64,000 nt of DNA from Vulcanimicrobiota bacterium (GTDB taxonomy: Bacteria > Vulcanimicrobiota > Xenobia > Xenobiales > JADMJV01). Location of the stretch: NCBI GenBank assembly GCA_050250895.1, contig JBFWNU010000003.1, forward strand, positions 523,302 through 587,301. The letters run 5' to 3'. Position numbers and translations under genes: made by a program. The notes below the pieces were generated by a model. The model ran no database searches. It saw only the letters and a program-made list of their open reading frames with translations, and was not told the DNA's origin. This document shows positions 9,275-17,703 of the stretch, piece by piece. Every line of letters begins with the position of its first letter. Position 1 is the first letter of the stretch.

Positions 9275-9898
9275 ATGAGAATCCAACCTGCCACTCCCTT
9301 TCTCGACTTCGCCAAGGCACGCGCCGCCGAGCGCCAACGAGACGAATTGCCGGCCGCTGCCGTCGACAGCTGGGAGAGCGTCGGCCGCGACCAGCTCGAA
9401 AACCTGCACGGCCAGCTTCAGCCTCAGAGCAAGGACTTTCCTAACCTTCAGGCCGCCTGGGTGTTGGGGCTGGGCAATCCTATCCTGGGAGCGGTCTTGC
9501 GGGGTGAGCAAGAGCGGATGAAGAGCTATGACTTCGCCTCGAGCCTGACCGAGGTGGGTGGAGTCAACGCCCGCGAGATTCGCCAGGCGGCAAGCCTTCG
9601 CCAGGAGAGATTGCGCCAATCGGCTGAGCGCCTCGAGTCACTGGCTGGGGTCGGCTCGATGGTGGGCTGGGCCGGAGCCTTCTGCGCTATCGGAGGCTGT
9701 CTGCTCGACGGGATGACCAACCCGGTCACCCTGACCGGTGCGGCCGCCACGGTGGCCGGGATAACCACCAACGCCCTGGCCCACCGCGCCCGCGAGGGCA
9801 AGCTGGAGCAGGCGCACCACCTCGGGACGATGGCCGGCCAGATCAAGACTTACGCCGAACTGACCGCCCGCCTCGAGACCTCAACCCTGGCCTGCTAA
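9275..9898 (+). CDS. Hypothetical protein with two C-terminal hydrophobic segments
   Basis: 207-aa ORF; hydrophobic GVGSMVGWAGAFCAIGGCLL and VTLTGAAATVAGI; TAGACT -10-like hexamer 5 nt upstream. Confidence 0.6.
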   Translation: MRIQPATPFLDFAKARAAERQRDELPAAAVDSWESVGRDQLENLHGQLQPQSKDFPNLQAAWVLGLGNPILGAVLRGEQERMKSYDFASSLTEVGGVNAREIRQAASLRQERLRQSAERLESLAGVGSMVGWAGAFCAIGGCLLDGMTNPVTLTGAAATVAGITTNALAHRAREGKLEQAHHLGTMAGQIKTYAELTARLETSTLAC

Positions 9899-9965
9899 CT
9901 TCCCGGGGTCGACTACCGGCCTCTACTCTAGCGAGTTTGGGACGGACGTGGTAAACTCGAGGCGC

Positions 9966-10307
9966 ATGCTTGAATTGCCATCCAGGACCGACCACGTTCA
10001 TCTTGTCAGGGACTCTCACGGCGGGGTTCGCATTGGCAAAACCCGGGTTTCCCTGGACAGTGTGGTCCACGCTTACCTGCTTGGCGCCACTGCCGAAGGA
10101 ATTGCGGAGCAGTTTCCTTCTCTCGGCTTGGCCGACGTTCACTCCGTGCTAGGATTCTATCTTCGTCATCGTGACCAGGTGGATGCTTATTTGGCGGAGC
10201 GACAGGCCGAAGGACAAGCCCTGCGAGAGAACTACGAGCAAAGCGATGAGCTTCAGGGCTATCGGCAGCGCCTGCTTGCGCGGCAGGCTCAACGGAGGGG
10301 TAAATAG
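9966..10307 (+). CDS. DUF433-family antitoxin (VapB45-like)
   Basis: GGVRIGKTRVSLDSVVHAYLLGATAEGIAEQFPSLGLADVHSVLGFY is typical DUF433; TG-G-TAAACT extended -10 at 9949-9957. Confidence 0.88.
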   Translation: MLELPSRTDHVHLVRDSHGGVRIGKTRVSLDSVVHAYLLGATAEGIAEQFPSLGLADVHSVLGFYLRHRDQVDAYLAERQAEGQALRENYEQSDELQGYRQRLLARQAQRRGK

Positions 10308-10642
10308 ATTCGCCTGTTGTCGAGTTCGCCGGGGGCGCTGCAACTAGCTAAGAGCCAAAGGTCTTCAATGATGGCTGCTACGAACGCTGGTTGCGGGACC
10401 AGCACGAGACCGGGGCTCGGCAACCCGAGCATCATTCGCTCGTCAAAGTAGTATATCATCGTGTTCACGTCGTGGGTGAGCACGATTCGCCTTTCGTTGG
10501 TGGCCCACTCTAGGAGTTCCGGATCTTCGGAGCCGGCCATCACTGTGTCTTGGACCCGAACGATATCTATGGCGGGGTGACGACGCTCAAGCCCTCGCAG
10601 GATGTGGTTGTTGAAATTCTCGTCGGCGGCGAACCTGAGCAT
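10289..10642 (-). CDS. DUF5615-family PIN-like toxin (VapC45-like)
   Basis: MLRFAADENFN...GSEDPELLEWATNERRIVLTHD; the ATG overlaps the upstream stop (TGATG). Confidence 0.88.
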   Translation of the reverse strand: MLRFAADENFNNHILRGLERRHPAIDIVRVQDTVMAGSEDPELLEWATNERRIVLTHDVNTMIYYFDERMMLGLPSPGLVLVPQPAFVAAIIEDLWLLASCSAPGELDNRRIYLPLR

Positions 10643-11508
10643 CAGAGGAAACCGGCGGGCTTTGCGGTTCCCGTCGCGAACCATCCGGGTCGTGGCAGTG
10701 CCGGGGTCAAAAAGTATGTGACTGACGGAGAGGCAAACACTCGGTCCACCAGGCCTTCTGGGGTGAAGGTAACCAGAATGAAGAGCGAATCGTCAACCTC
10801 GATAAAGCCAGACTTCGCAACAGGGCCAAACGCTCGCTCTACAACAGATCGGCTCATTCCCGCTTCGACCACTCGGCCGTCGCGCAAGCGAAGACTGCGA
10901 CCCTCAAGAGCTTGTAGGGTGCGATTGAGGTAGAAATACCCAATCTGCAAAGGCCACATGGAACAGAATTGGCCCTCGACCGGGATCCCTAGTCTGGATA
11001 TGACCTCCGCTCGGGTGGCTCCTAGTGGGACCTCGTCGACCACGCACCCGACCGGCAACTTTAGCTTGGCGCCCTCGGGCTCCGACAACCAATCCTGGGG
11101 TAGTTCGGCCTTAACGGCGCTCCACACTTTGAGAAAGGCCTGCAGTTCCGGGTCAAAGATGGCTTCCTCAGCCCGATTGGTCGACCAGCAGCGTTCTCTG
11201 CCTCCCGCGCTCACGGTGATATTCCGGTGCAAGTTGCCGCAAAGATACGGAATCCAGGAGGGGTAATCCGTCTGTAAACTTTGAAACTCTGGCGACCCCA
11301 CGGCTGACCGTATTCGCTGGAGCGCTTCAGGCGTTAGCCGAACAGCTCCACCGCGCCGGCGCGCAAGCCCGCTAGCGTCAACGGTAACGAGCTCATAGCT
11401 TCCCGCGAACCCTCGATAGTTGAGTTCGAGATTGCACTGCCAGGCGTCATCTTGGGCCAAAACCGGCAGGCCGAGGAGCAGTAACAGACCGAGTATTGTT
11501 CTGGCCAC
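10642..11508 (-). CDS. Exported hypothetical protein
   Basis: 288-aa ORF; signal peptide MARTILGLLLLLGLPVLAQ. Confidence 0.65.
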   Translation of the reverse strand: MARTILGLLLLLGLPVLAQDDAWQCNLELNYRGFAGSYELVTVDASGLARRRGGAVRLTPEALQRIRSAVGSPEFQSLQTDYPSWIPYLCGNLHRNITVSAGGRERCWSTNRAEEAIFDPELQAFLKVWSAVKAELPQDWLSEPEGAKLKLPVGCVVDEVPLGATRAEVISRLGIPVEGQFCSMWPLQIGYFYLNRTLQALEGRSLRLRDGRVVEAGMSRSVVERAFGPVAKSGFIEVDDSLFILVTFTPEGLVDRVFASPSVTYFLTPALPRPGWFATGTAKPAGFL

Positions 11509-11610
11509 GGCTACCTGTTCGGCTTAGGAGGCCTCAACCCTGGCCTGCTAACTTCCGCGCGGAAGTCGGCGGCTGTGCAATCGGGCCCGCATTTTGCTAC
11601 ACTGTCTGAG

Positions 11611-13401
11611 GTGGGGTTGAGTGTGAGGAGAGGGAACGCTCTGCTGACCATCATCACGTTGATGATGGTCATGTTTGTTCTTCTCAACGCCCTGGTCGCG
11701 CTGTCTGCCGACCGGTCCAGTCAGGCCACCCTCTACTACCAGGAAGTAGCCAGCCTCGAACTGACCGAAGCCGCCGTCACCGATGTCCTGGTCCAACTCG
11801 AGGCCGATCCCGATTGGACCGAAGGCTTTGACCAGAAGAAGATCGATGCCAAAATGCCGGGTCACTACACGGTCACTTTCAACACCAGTGGGGCGGGTTT
11901 TGCAGCTGAGGATTCGATCAACAATCTGCTCGGTGATGAACCGGCGGACAGCTATCTGGGCACCGACAGTGTGCCACCCCACACGGTTTTTCTGGTAGTC
12001 ACCACCCAGGTGGGCAGCCAGGTGGTTCAATCGCAGGTCGTGCTCGGGTCGGCGGGAGGGTCGCTGGGGGACTACGCGATTGCTGCCTCCCGCAACATCA
12101 TCATGGTGGGCGACGTCAAAGTCAGCGGCATCAAGAGTCTGTCCGAAACCGACCCCATCAAGGCCAACATCCATTCCAACCGCTCCGAACTCAGTAGCGA
12201 TATCATCCAGTGGTATCCCAAGAAGACGGGGGACACGGTTGAAGTGGACGGCAGTCTGAGCGTCACCAGCGAGCATCCCTCGGCCATCGGGTTGCACGGC
12301 CCGGTCGGCAGTTTCAACGTCGACGAACTGATTGTGGGGGCGCCCGCCAAACCTCCCCCGACGTTCGATATCCAGAGCCAATTGATGGCGAATCGAGGGC
12401 ATCCAAGACCACCGCTGATCGCTGGCGATAACGTCCTATCACCGGGAAAATACTACGTTCCCGGGGATATCGAGATGCTGGGCGACCTGACTCTTGACGG
12501 AGCAACCCTGTATGTAGAAGGCCAATTGGTCATGGGAGGCAGCCTGAAGGGGGACGGCTCGGTCTTCGTGGGCGAGGAGACCATCGTGGCCGGGGATTCC
12601 GTGGTGGCTTCCAACAACGACCAGGGCATCGCCTTGTATAGTCGGGGACCGGTCACCCTCACCGGGTTCGCCCTCGAGATCTACATCGACGAACTGGGCA
12701 ACAGCGACCCCCAACTCGGTGTTTTGATGGACCAGATTCAGGGGGTCCTGGGTGAACTCGAGTCAGCTTCCGACATGAATCAGGTGACCCGCTTGCTCAA
12801 CGCCGCGGGCAATCCCACTGGCCCGACGCCCCCTGGTCTACCCAACGACCTTTTGGGCAAGATTGCCGAGAGGGTGCAGCAGGCGCCTGCCACCAGTACC
12901 CGAGACAGCCTGCTGACCCGCCTCGACAACCTCAAGAAAGTGTACTCTCCCGTAGATGGCAATGCCAGCAACCCCGCCGGGACCACCGCCCAGCAGATTC
13001 TCGATAGCTGGCGCGACCCGGATCAGCCCGACCTTTCTGGTCTGATGGGGGCGGGGTTGGAGATCTATTTGACGACCCACGACGCGGAGATCCTGGAATT
13101 GCTCGAGCATTACAGTCTGGAGTATCAAGACCCCTGGGGGAGCGCTCGCTCTTACTTCCAGGGCATCGTCTATAGCAACAGCTGGGTGGCCATCGACAAC
13201 CAGGTCGAGCTGCTGGGTTCGGTCTGGGCTTTTGACGACGGCAGCCAGCTTCAAAACGGCGACTTCGACGGATACACCGCCCGACCCGGCGACATCTTGC
13301 TGCTCAATAACAGCCGTCTGACTCTCAACCGCGAGTACGCCGACAAAATGAGCGCCGAGAGCGGGTCCTTTCTGGGGGTGCGAAGTTGGACCACCCGGTA
13401 G
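11611..13401 (+). CDS. Large PilX/GspK-like minor pilin (cluster 1); start 11611 or 11623
   Basis: RRG|NALLTIITLMMVMFVLL prepilin-like N-terminus lacking E5, followed by A..L.EA; beta-helix-like repeats (PGKYYVPGDIEMLGDLTL...LYVEGQL; FQGIVYS). Confidence 0.75.
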   Translation: MGLSVRRGNALLTIITLMMVMFVLLNALVALSADRSSQATLYYQEVASLELTEAAVTDVLVQLEADPDWTEGFDQKKIDAKMPGHYTVTFNTSGAGFAAEDSINNLLGDEPADSYLGTDSVPPHTVFLVVTTQVGSQVVQSQVVLGSAGGSLGDYAIAASRNIIMVGDVKVSGIKSLSETDPIKANIHSNRSELSSDIIQWYPKKTGDTVEVDGSLSVTSEHPSAIGLHGPVGSFNVDELIVGAPAKPPPTFDIQSQLMANRGHPRPPLIAGDNVLSPGKYYVPGDIEMLGDLTLDGATLYVEGQLVMGGSLKGDGSVFVGEETIVAGDSVVASNNDQGIALYSRGPVTLTGFALEIYIDELGNSDPQLGVLMDQIQGVLGELESASDMNQVTRLLNAAGNPTGPTPPGLPNDLLGKIAERVQQAPATSTRDSLLTRLDNLKKVYSPVDGNASNPAGTTAQQILDSWRDPDQPDLSGLMGAGLEIYLTTHDAEILELLEHYSLEYQDPWGSARSYFQGIVYSNSWVAIDNQVELLGSVWAFDDGSQLQNGDFDGYTARPGDILLLNNSRLTLNREYADKMSAESGSFLGVRSWTTR

Positions 13402-13799
13402 GCAAGGGCTTCACCCTGGTCGAGGTGCTGATCGTGGCGGCCGTCGGGGCCGTCGCGCTCTTGACCTTGATTGGAGTGTTTTTGCTCGGCTATCGCTGGT
13501 CCACCGAAAGCCAGAGTCGACTGCTGGCCGCCCAGTTGGCCCGCAATGGCCTGGAGGCAGTCCGAGCCACCCCTTTCGAAGACTTGCCCGACACGGCTCG
13601 CACCTTCGACGGCAGCCGGTCCGATCCGGCCGACGGTCCCTTTCCCCCGGCTCCCTACCCGAGTCTCAGCCTCGACGGCCAGGAATTTACCTTCGTCTAT
13701 GTCATCGAGCCACTTTCGGACAGAGCCCGTGACGTGCGCGTCGAGGTGCGTCCGCGCGGCAAACAACCCGTTGTGTTGAGAACCTATGTCCGGCCCTGA
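13386..13799 (+). CDS. Prepilin-type N-methylation domain protein (PilV/GspI-like)
   Basis: KG|FTLVEVLIVAAV; AAQLARNGLEAVR. Confidence 0.88.
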   Translation: MDHPVGKGFTLVEVLIVAAVGAVALLTLIGVFLLGYRWSTESQSRLLAAQLARNGLEAVRATPFEDLPDTARTFDGSRSDPADGPFPPAPYPSLSLDGQEFTFVYVIEPLSDRARDVRVEVRPRGKQPVVLRTYVRP

Positions 13800-14379
13800 G
13801 CGACGCTTCGGCTTCAGCCTGCTGGAGGTGCTCGTGAGCGTGGCCATCCTCAGTCTCGTCTTCACCGCTTTGCTGGCTGTCTACGCCTTTGGGATCCGCC
13901 TTTTCACGCGAACCGACCAGCGCAGCGAACTCATTCGTAACGCTCAATTGGCCGTCACCACCCTCCAGCACGACCTGATGGATAGCAGCTTCGCCAGCCT
14001 CGAGATCGACGGTTCGACGCTGGCCTTTCTCGCTCCCAGTCCGGCCTCGCTCGATTCTTCAGGCCGAGCCACCTGGAAGAGCTACCTCATCTATTCGCTG
14101 GAGGAGAGAACCCTGCGACGCCGGGTGGTGGAGATTCCGGCCGGCGCTCCGCAGGTGGAGAGCCCGGGACCGATCTCGGGCTTTGATCCCGGCAGCGGAC
14201 CTCAAGAGCTATCTGCTTACCTCACCAGCGTTCCCCAAAGTCGGGTGATGGCCCGCGAACTCGACCAATTCATCGTCTATCCCGACGAGCAATCGCAATC
14301 GGTCAAGGTCGAGCTTCTTTTCAGCCGGCAAGGCAGCCAGCTGACTATCCCTGTCTCGGTCCGTCTTCACAATGACTAG
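13786..14379 (+). CDS. Prepilin-type protein (PilW/GspJ-like)
   Basis: RFG|FSLLEVLVSVAILSLV; AQLAVTTLQHDL. Confidence 0.88.
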   Translation: MSGPERRFGFSLLEVLVSVAILSLVFTALLAVYAFGIRLFTRTDQRSELIRNAQLAVTTLQHDLMDSSFASLEIDGSTLAFLAPSPASLDSSGRATWKSYLIYSLEERTLRRRVVEIPAGAPQVESPGPISGFDPGSGPQELSAYLTSVPQSRVMARELDQFIVYPDEQSQSVKVELLFSRQGSQLTIPVSVRLHND

Positions 14380-15424
14380 GCCCTCGTTTCCAGGCGATCA
14401 GCTGACGGTGGTCTTGCGGATGCTGAGTACCCTGCTGACCTCGGGGGTGCCGGTGCATCGGGCTCTGGAACTCGTGGTCGAAGGCTGCTCGACGGGCCCG
14501 GTTCGCGACACCCTGGCCTCCGTTTCTGCCTCGGTCTCGCAAGGCCAACGGTTGAGCATGGCCCTGGCTCAAGCGCCTCAAGCCTTTCCCCCGCTCCTGG
14601 AAAGCCTGGTCCGCGCTGGAGAGGATTCAGGTCAATTGGACGCCTTACTGGCGCGCTATGTGGTCTTTCACGAAAGTTCGGCGCGAACGGCCCGCCAGCT
14701 ACGCGCAGCTCTGACTTACCCGGCCATCGTGCTGGTTCTGACCGTGGTGGTGGTGGCCATCATGGCCGTGGTCGTCTTTCCCCGCCAACGCGAGCTGTAT
14801 CAGTCCCTGGGCGTCACTGAGGTCTCGGTGCTGACGCGCCTGCTGGAGGGTCTGCTCGGATTGGCCGCCTGGCTTCCCTGGTTGGCGGTGGCATCGCCTT
14901 TGCTGGTGTTGGCCAATTCGACCCTGGACGCCTCGACCCGCCAGAAGCTCCGCGAAGCGTTCGACGGAGCTCTCCTGCGCCTGCCCTTGCTGGGCTCGGT
15001 GATCCACAAGGCCGCCACCGTTCGTCTGCTGATAGGGTTGGCCATCTTCTTCGAAGCCGGAATTACTCTCGGTCCCGCCTTTCGGCCGCTGGGCAAGATG
15101 CTCGGGAACGCGATCCTGGAGAACCGTTTTGCTCAGTTCCTCGAGAGCATCGCTAAAGGCGGTTGCAGCCTGTCGCTGGCAGCCTCGCAGTCGGAGGCCT
15201 TCTTGCCGGTGGTGGTAGCCCTCTTTCGGGTCGGAGAAGAGCAAGGTTCCCTGAGCCACCTCTGCCGCCAGACAGCCGACATCGTAGAACTCGAGGTCGA
15301 ATCCAGCTTCAGGACCCTGGAGACCCTCCTCGAGCCGCTGGCGATGGCGGTGATGGGGCTGGTCGTGGGTTTCGTGGTGCTGGCCTCCTCGCTGCCCATG
15401 TTGGGAGTCCTGCAGCAACTCTAG
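14372..15424 (+). CDS. Type II secretion system F / PilC family platform protein (short form)
   Basis: LSTLLTSGVPVHRAL, GQRLSMAL, AGEDSGQL, AALTYP, VGEEQGSL, TLLEP; two T2SSF domains. Confidence 0.92.
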   Translation: MTRPSFPGDQLTVVLRMLSTLLTSGVPVHRALELVVEGCSTGPVRDTLASVSASVSQGQRLSMALAQAPQAFPPLLESLVRAGEDSGQLDALLARYVVFHESSARTARQLRAALTYPAIVLVLTVVVVAIMAVVVFPRQRELYQSLGVTEVSVLTRLLEGLLGLAAWLPWLAVASPLLVLANSTLDASTRQKLREAFDGALLRLPLLGSVIHKAATVRLLIGLAIFFEAGITLGPAFRPLGKMLGNAILENRFAQFLESIAKGGCSLSLAASQSEAFLPVVVALFRVGEEQGSLSHLCRQTADIVELEVESSFRTLETLLEPLAMAVMGLVVGFVVLASSLPMLGVLQQL

Positions 15425-15484
15425 CGCCGGGGGCAGCCAGCCGGCTAGCAGGCACCGGGGCCTCCTTGTCGTAAGGGCTAGCCC

Positions 15485-15964
15485 ATGAGTATCGGGCTTG
15501 CCTTCAAGGCCTTTTTTAAAGTGCTCGGCGACAAGGAAGTGGCCGAGAAAGTCTCGGCCATTCTGGGCGAGGCTCCTAAAGAGTTGGCGGCGCCGCCGGT
15601 CGATTCGGCCGGCCAGTTGCTTTCGACTCTCCAGCGCGAGGGTCGGTTTATCGACTTTCTGCAAGAGGACCTGACCGGGTTCCAGGACGCCCAGATCGGA
15701 GCCGTGGCTCGTGATGTCCACGGCGGTTGTCGCAAGGCGCTCGATCAGTATCTGACCATCAAACCGGTGATGGCCGAATCCGAAGGGGATAGCGTGACCG
15801 TGTCCGAGGGTTTTGACCCCAACACCATTCGCCTGGTGGGCAAAGTCGAAGGGGACCCGCCCTTTGACGGCACCCTGCGTCACCACGGTTGGAAGCTCGT
15901 CGCTTCCAAGCTGCCCCCGATGGCCAACGCCGAAATTTTGCTGCCCGCGGAGGTAGAATTATGA
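15485..15964 (+). CDS. DUF2760 domain protein
   Basis: LLSTLQREGRFIDFLQEDL...DAQIGAVARDVHGGCRKAL...GFDP..IRLVG...PPFDGTLRHHGW; directly upstream of two Hsp70 genes. Confidence 0.88.
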   Translation: MSIGLAFKAFFKVLGDKEVAEKVSAILGEAPKELAAPPVDSAGQLLSTLQREGRFIDFLQEDLTGFQDAQIGAVARDVHGGCRKALDQYLTIKPVMAESEGDSVTVSEGFDPNTIRLVGKVEGDPPFDGTLRHHGWKLVASKLPPMANAEILLPAEVEL

Positions 15965-17703
15965 CCTGGGTTATCGGAATTGATTTAGGCACGACCAACA
16001 CCACGCTGGCTTATGCCGAGCCAGCCGAAGAAGAGGGCGAAGAGTATACGCAAGAGGTCTTCGAGATCCCGCAGTTGGTCGCTCCCAACACGGTGGAGGG
16101 GCGCACCAGTCTGCCCTCGTTTCTATATTTGCCAAGCGAACACGAGGTAGGGGCGGGAAGTTTGTCGCTGCCCTGGGACGAGGTGGCCCTGCATGCCGTG
16201 GGCACCTATGCTCGCGACGAGGGCGTGAAGGTGCCCGACCATCTCATCTCGTCGGCCAAGTCGTGGCTCAGTCAGGAGGGGGTCGACCGCAAGGGGAAGA
16301 TCCTGCCCTGGAAGGCTCCCGAGGACGTCGAACAGCAGTCGCCGGTAGAGGCCTCGACCAACTATCTGCGGCACCTGGCCGACTCCTGGAAGTGGAAGCA
16401 CAAGGACGCTCCCCTGCCCGATCAAGAGGTGGTTCTGACGGTGCCGGCCTCGTTTGACGCGGTGGCCCGCGAGTTGACCGCCGAGGCGGCACGGGCGGCC
16501 GGGTTGGCCAACATCACCTTGCTCGAAGAGCCTCAGGCCGCCTTTTATGCCTGGCTTGACAAGGCTGGTGAAGACTGGCGCTCGCAGGTGGGCAAAGGCG
16601 ATCTGGTGCTGGTCTGCGACATCGGCGGCGGGACCACCGACCTGAGCTTGATTAAAGTGTATGAAGAAGAGGGTGACCTGGCCCTCGAGCGCGTGGCCGT
16701 GGGCGAACACATCCTGCTGGGCGGCGACAACATGGACCTGACCCTGGCCGTTTCGGTGCGGGCTCGCCTGAAGAAAGAGGGCACCAAGCTCGATTCGTGG
16801 CAGTTCCAGGTGCTCACCCACGGTTGCCGGGCGGCCAAGGAGGCCCTGCTCGGTGGCAGTGACGAGGATACCTTTCAGGTCACCATCCCCGGTCGCGGCA
16901 GTAAGCTCATCGGCGGGGCTCTGCAGGTCGACATCGAGCGCGACGAGGTCGAGAAGCTGCTGATGGAGGGATTTTTCCCTGAGGTCGAGGCCGACGAACG
17001 ACCGGCTCAAAAGACCCGCGTCGGTCTCACCGAGTTGGGTTTGCCTTACGAGGCCGACCCGGCCATTACCCGTCACCTGGCCGGCTTTCTCAAGGAAGAG
17101 TACGAGCCCACCGCCATCTTGTTCAACGGCGGCGTGTTCAAGGCCACCCAGCTGCGCGACCGGCTGGTGGACGTGGTCAACAGCTGGGTGGAAGAGCCGG
17201 TCAAAGTGCTGGAAGGCACCGACCTCGATCTGGCCGTAGCTCGCGGAGCGGTGCGCTATGGATTGGTCAAGAAGGGCCACGGCATCCGCATTCGCGGCGG
17301 CCTGTCGCGGTCGTACTACATCGGCGTCGAGGTGGCTATGCCGGCCGTGCCGGGGATGGAGCCGCCCATCAAAGCCGTGTGTGTGGCTCCCAAGGGCATG
17401 GAGGAGGGCTCGGAGCTCGACGTGCCCGACCAGGAGTTTGGATTGGTGCTGGGCGAGGATGTCGAGTTCCCTTTCCTGGCTTCCAGCGAGGCCGACGAGG
17501 TGGGCACCGTCCACGAGGACTGGGAAGACGAGGAGATCGAGGAGTTGGCCAAAGTGGGCGCAACCCTCAAGGGCGATGGGGGAGTGGTGCCGGTGCGGTT
17601 GCAGACGGTGGCCACCGAGATCGGCACCCTCGAGCTGTACTGCGTCGAGCGCGACGGCGAGGGGCGCTGGAAGCTCGAATTCGAGGTTCGGGAGTCAGAG
17701 TAG
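15961..17703 (+). CDS. Hsp70-family protein (non-DnaK)
   Basis: GIDLGTTN, TVPASFD, LLEEPQAA, DIGGGTTD, LGGDNMD; ATGA overlap with the DUF2760 stop. Confidence 0.92.
   Translation: MTWVIGIDLGTTNTTLAYAEPAEEEGEEYTQEVFEIPQLVAPNTVEGRTSLPSFLYLPSEHEVGAGSLSLPWDEVALHAVGTYARDEGVKVPDHLISSAKSWLSQEGVDRKGKILPWKAPEDVEQQSPVEASTNYLRHLADSWKWKHKDAPLPDQEVVLTVPASFDAVARELTAEAARAAGLANITLLEEPQAAFYAWLDKAGEDWRSQVGKGDLVLVCDIGGGTTDLSLIKVYEEEGDLALERVAVGEHILLGGDNMDLTLAVSVRARLKKEGTKLDSWQFQVLTHGCRAAKEALLGGSDEDTFQVTIPGRGSKLIGGALQVDIERDEVEKLLMEGFFPEVEADERPAQKTRVGLTELGLPYEADPAITRHLAGFLKEEYEPTAILFNGGVFKATQLRDRLVDVVNSWVEEPVKVLEGTDLDLAVARGAVRYGLVKKGHGIRIRGGLSRSYYIGVEVAMPAVPGMEPPIKAVCVAPKGMEEGSELDVPDQEFGLVLGEDVEFPFLASSEADEVGTVHEDWEDEEIEELAKVGATLKGDGGVVPVRLQTVATEIGTLELYCVERDGEGRWKLEFEVRESE

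Larger units (their letters stand above)
9879..11556. mobile_element. Putative 1.65-kb mini-island bounded by a 25-nt perfect direct repeat, with no integrase
   Basis: CCTCAACCCTGGCCTGCTAACTTCC at 9879-9903 and 11532-11556 (29 nt with one mismatch); the interior looks more AT-rich by eye and carries a TA pair. Confidence 0.7.
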
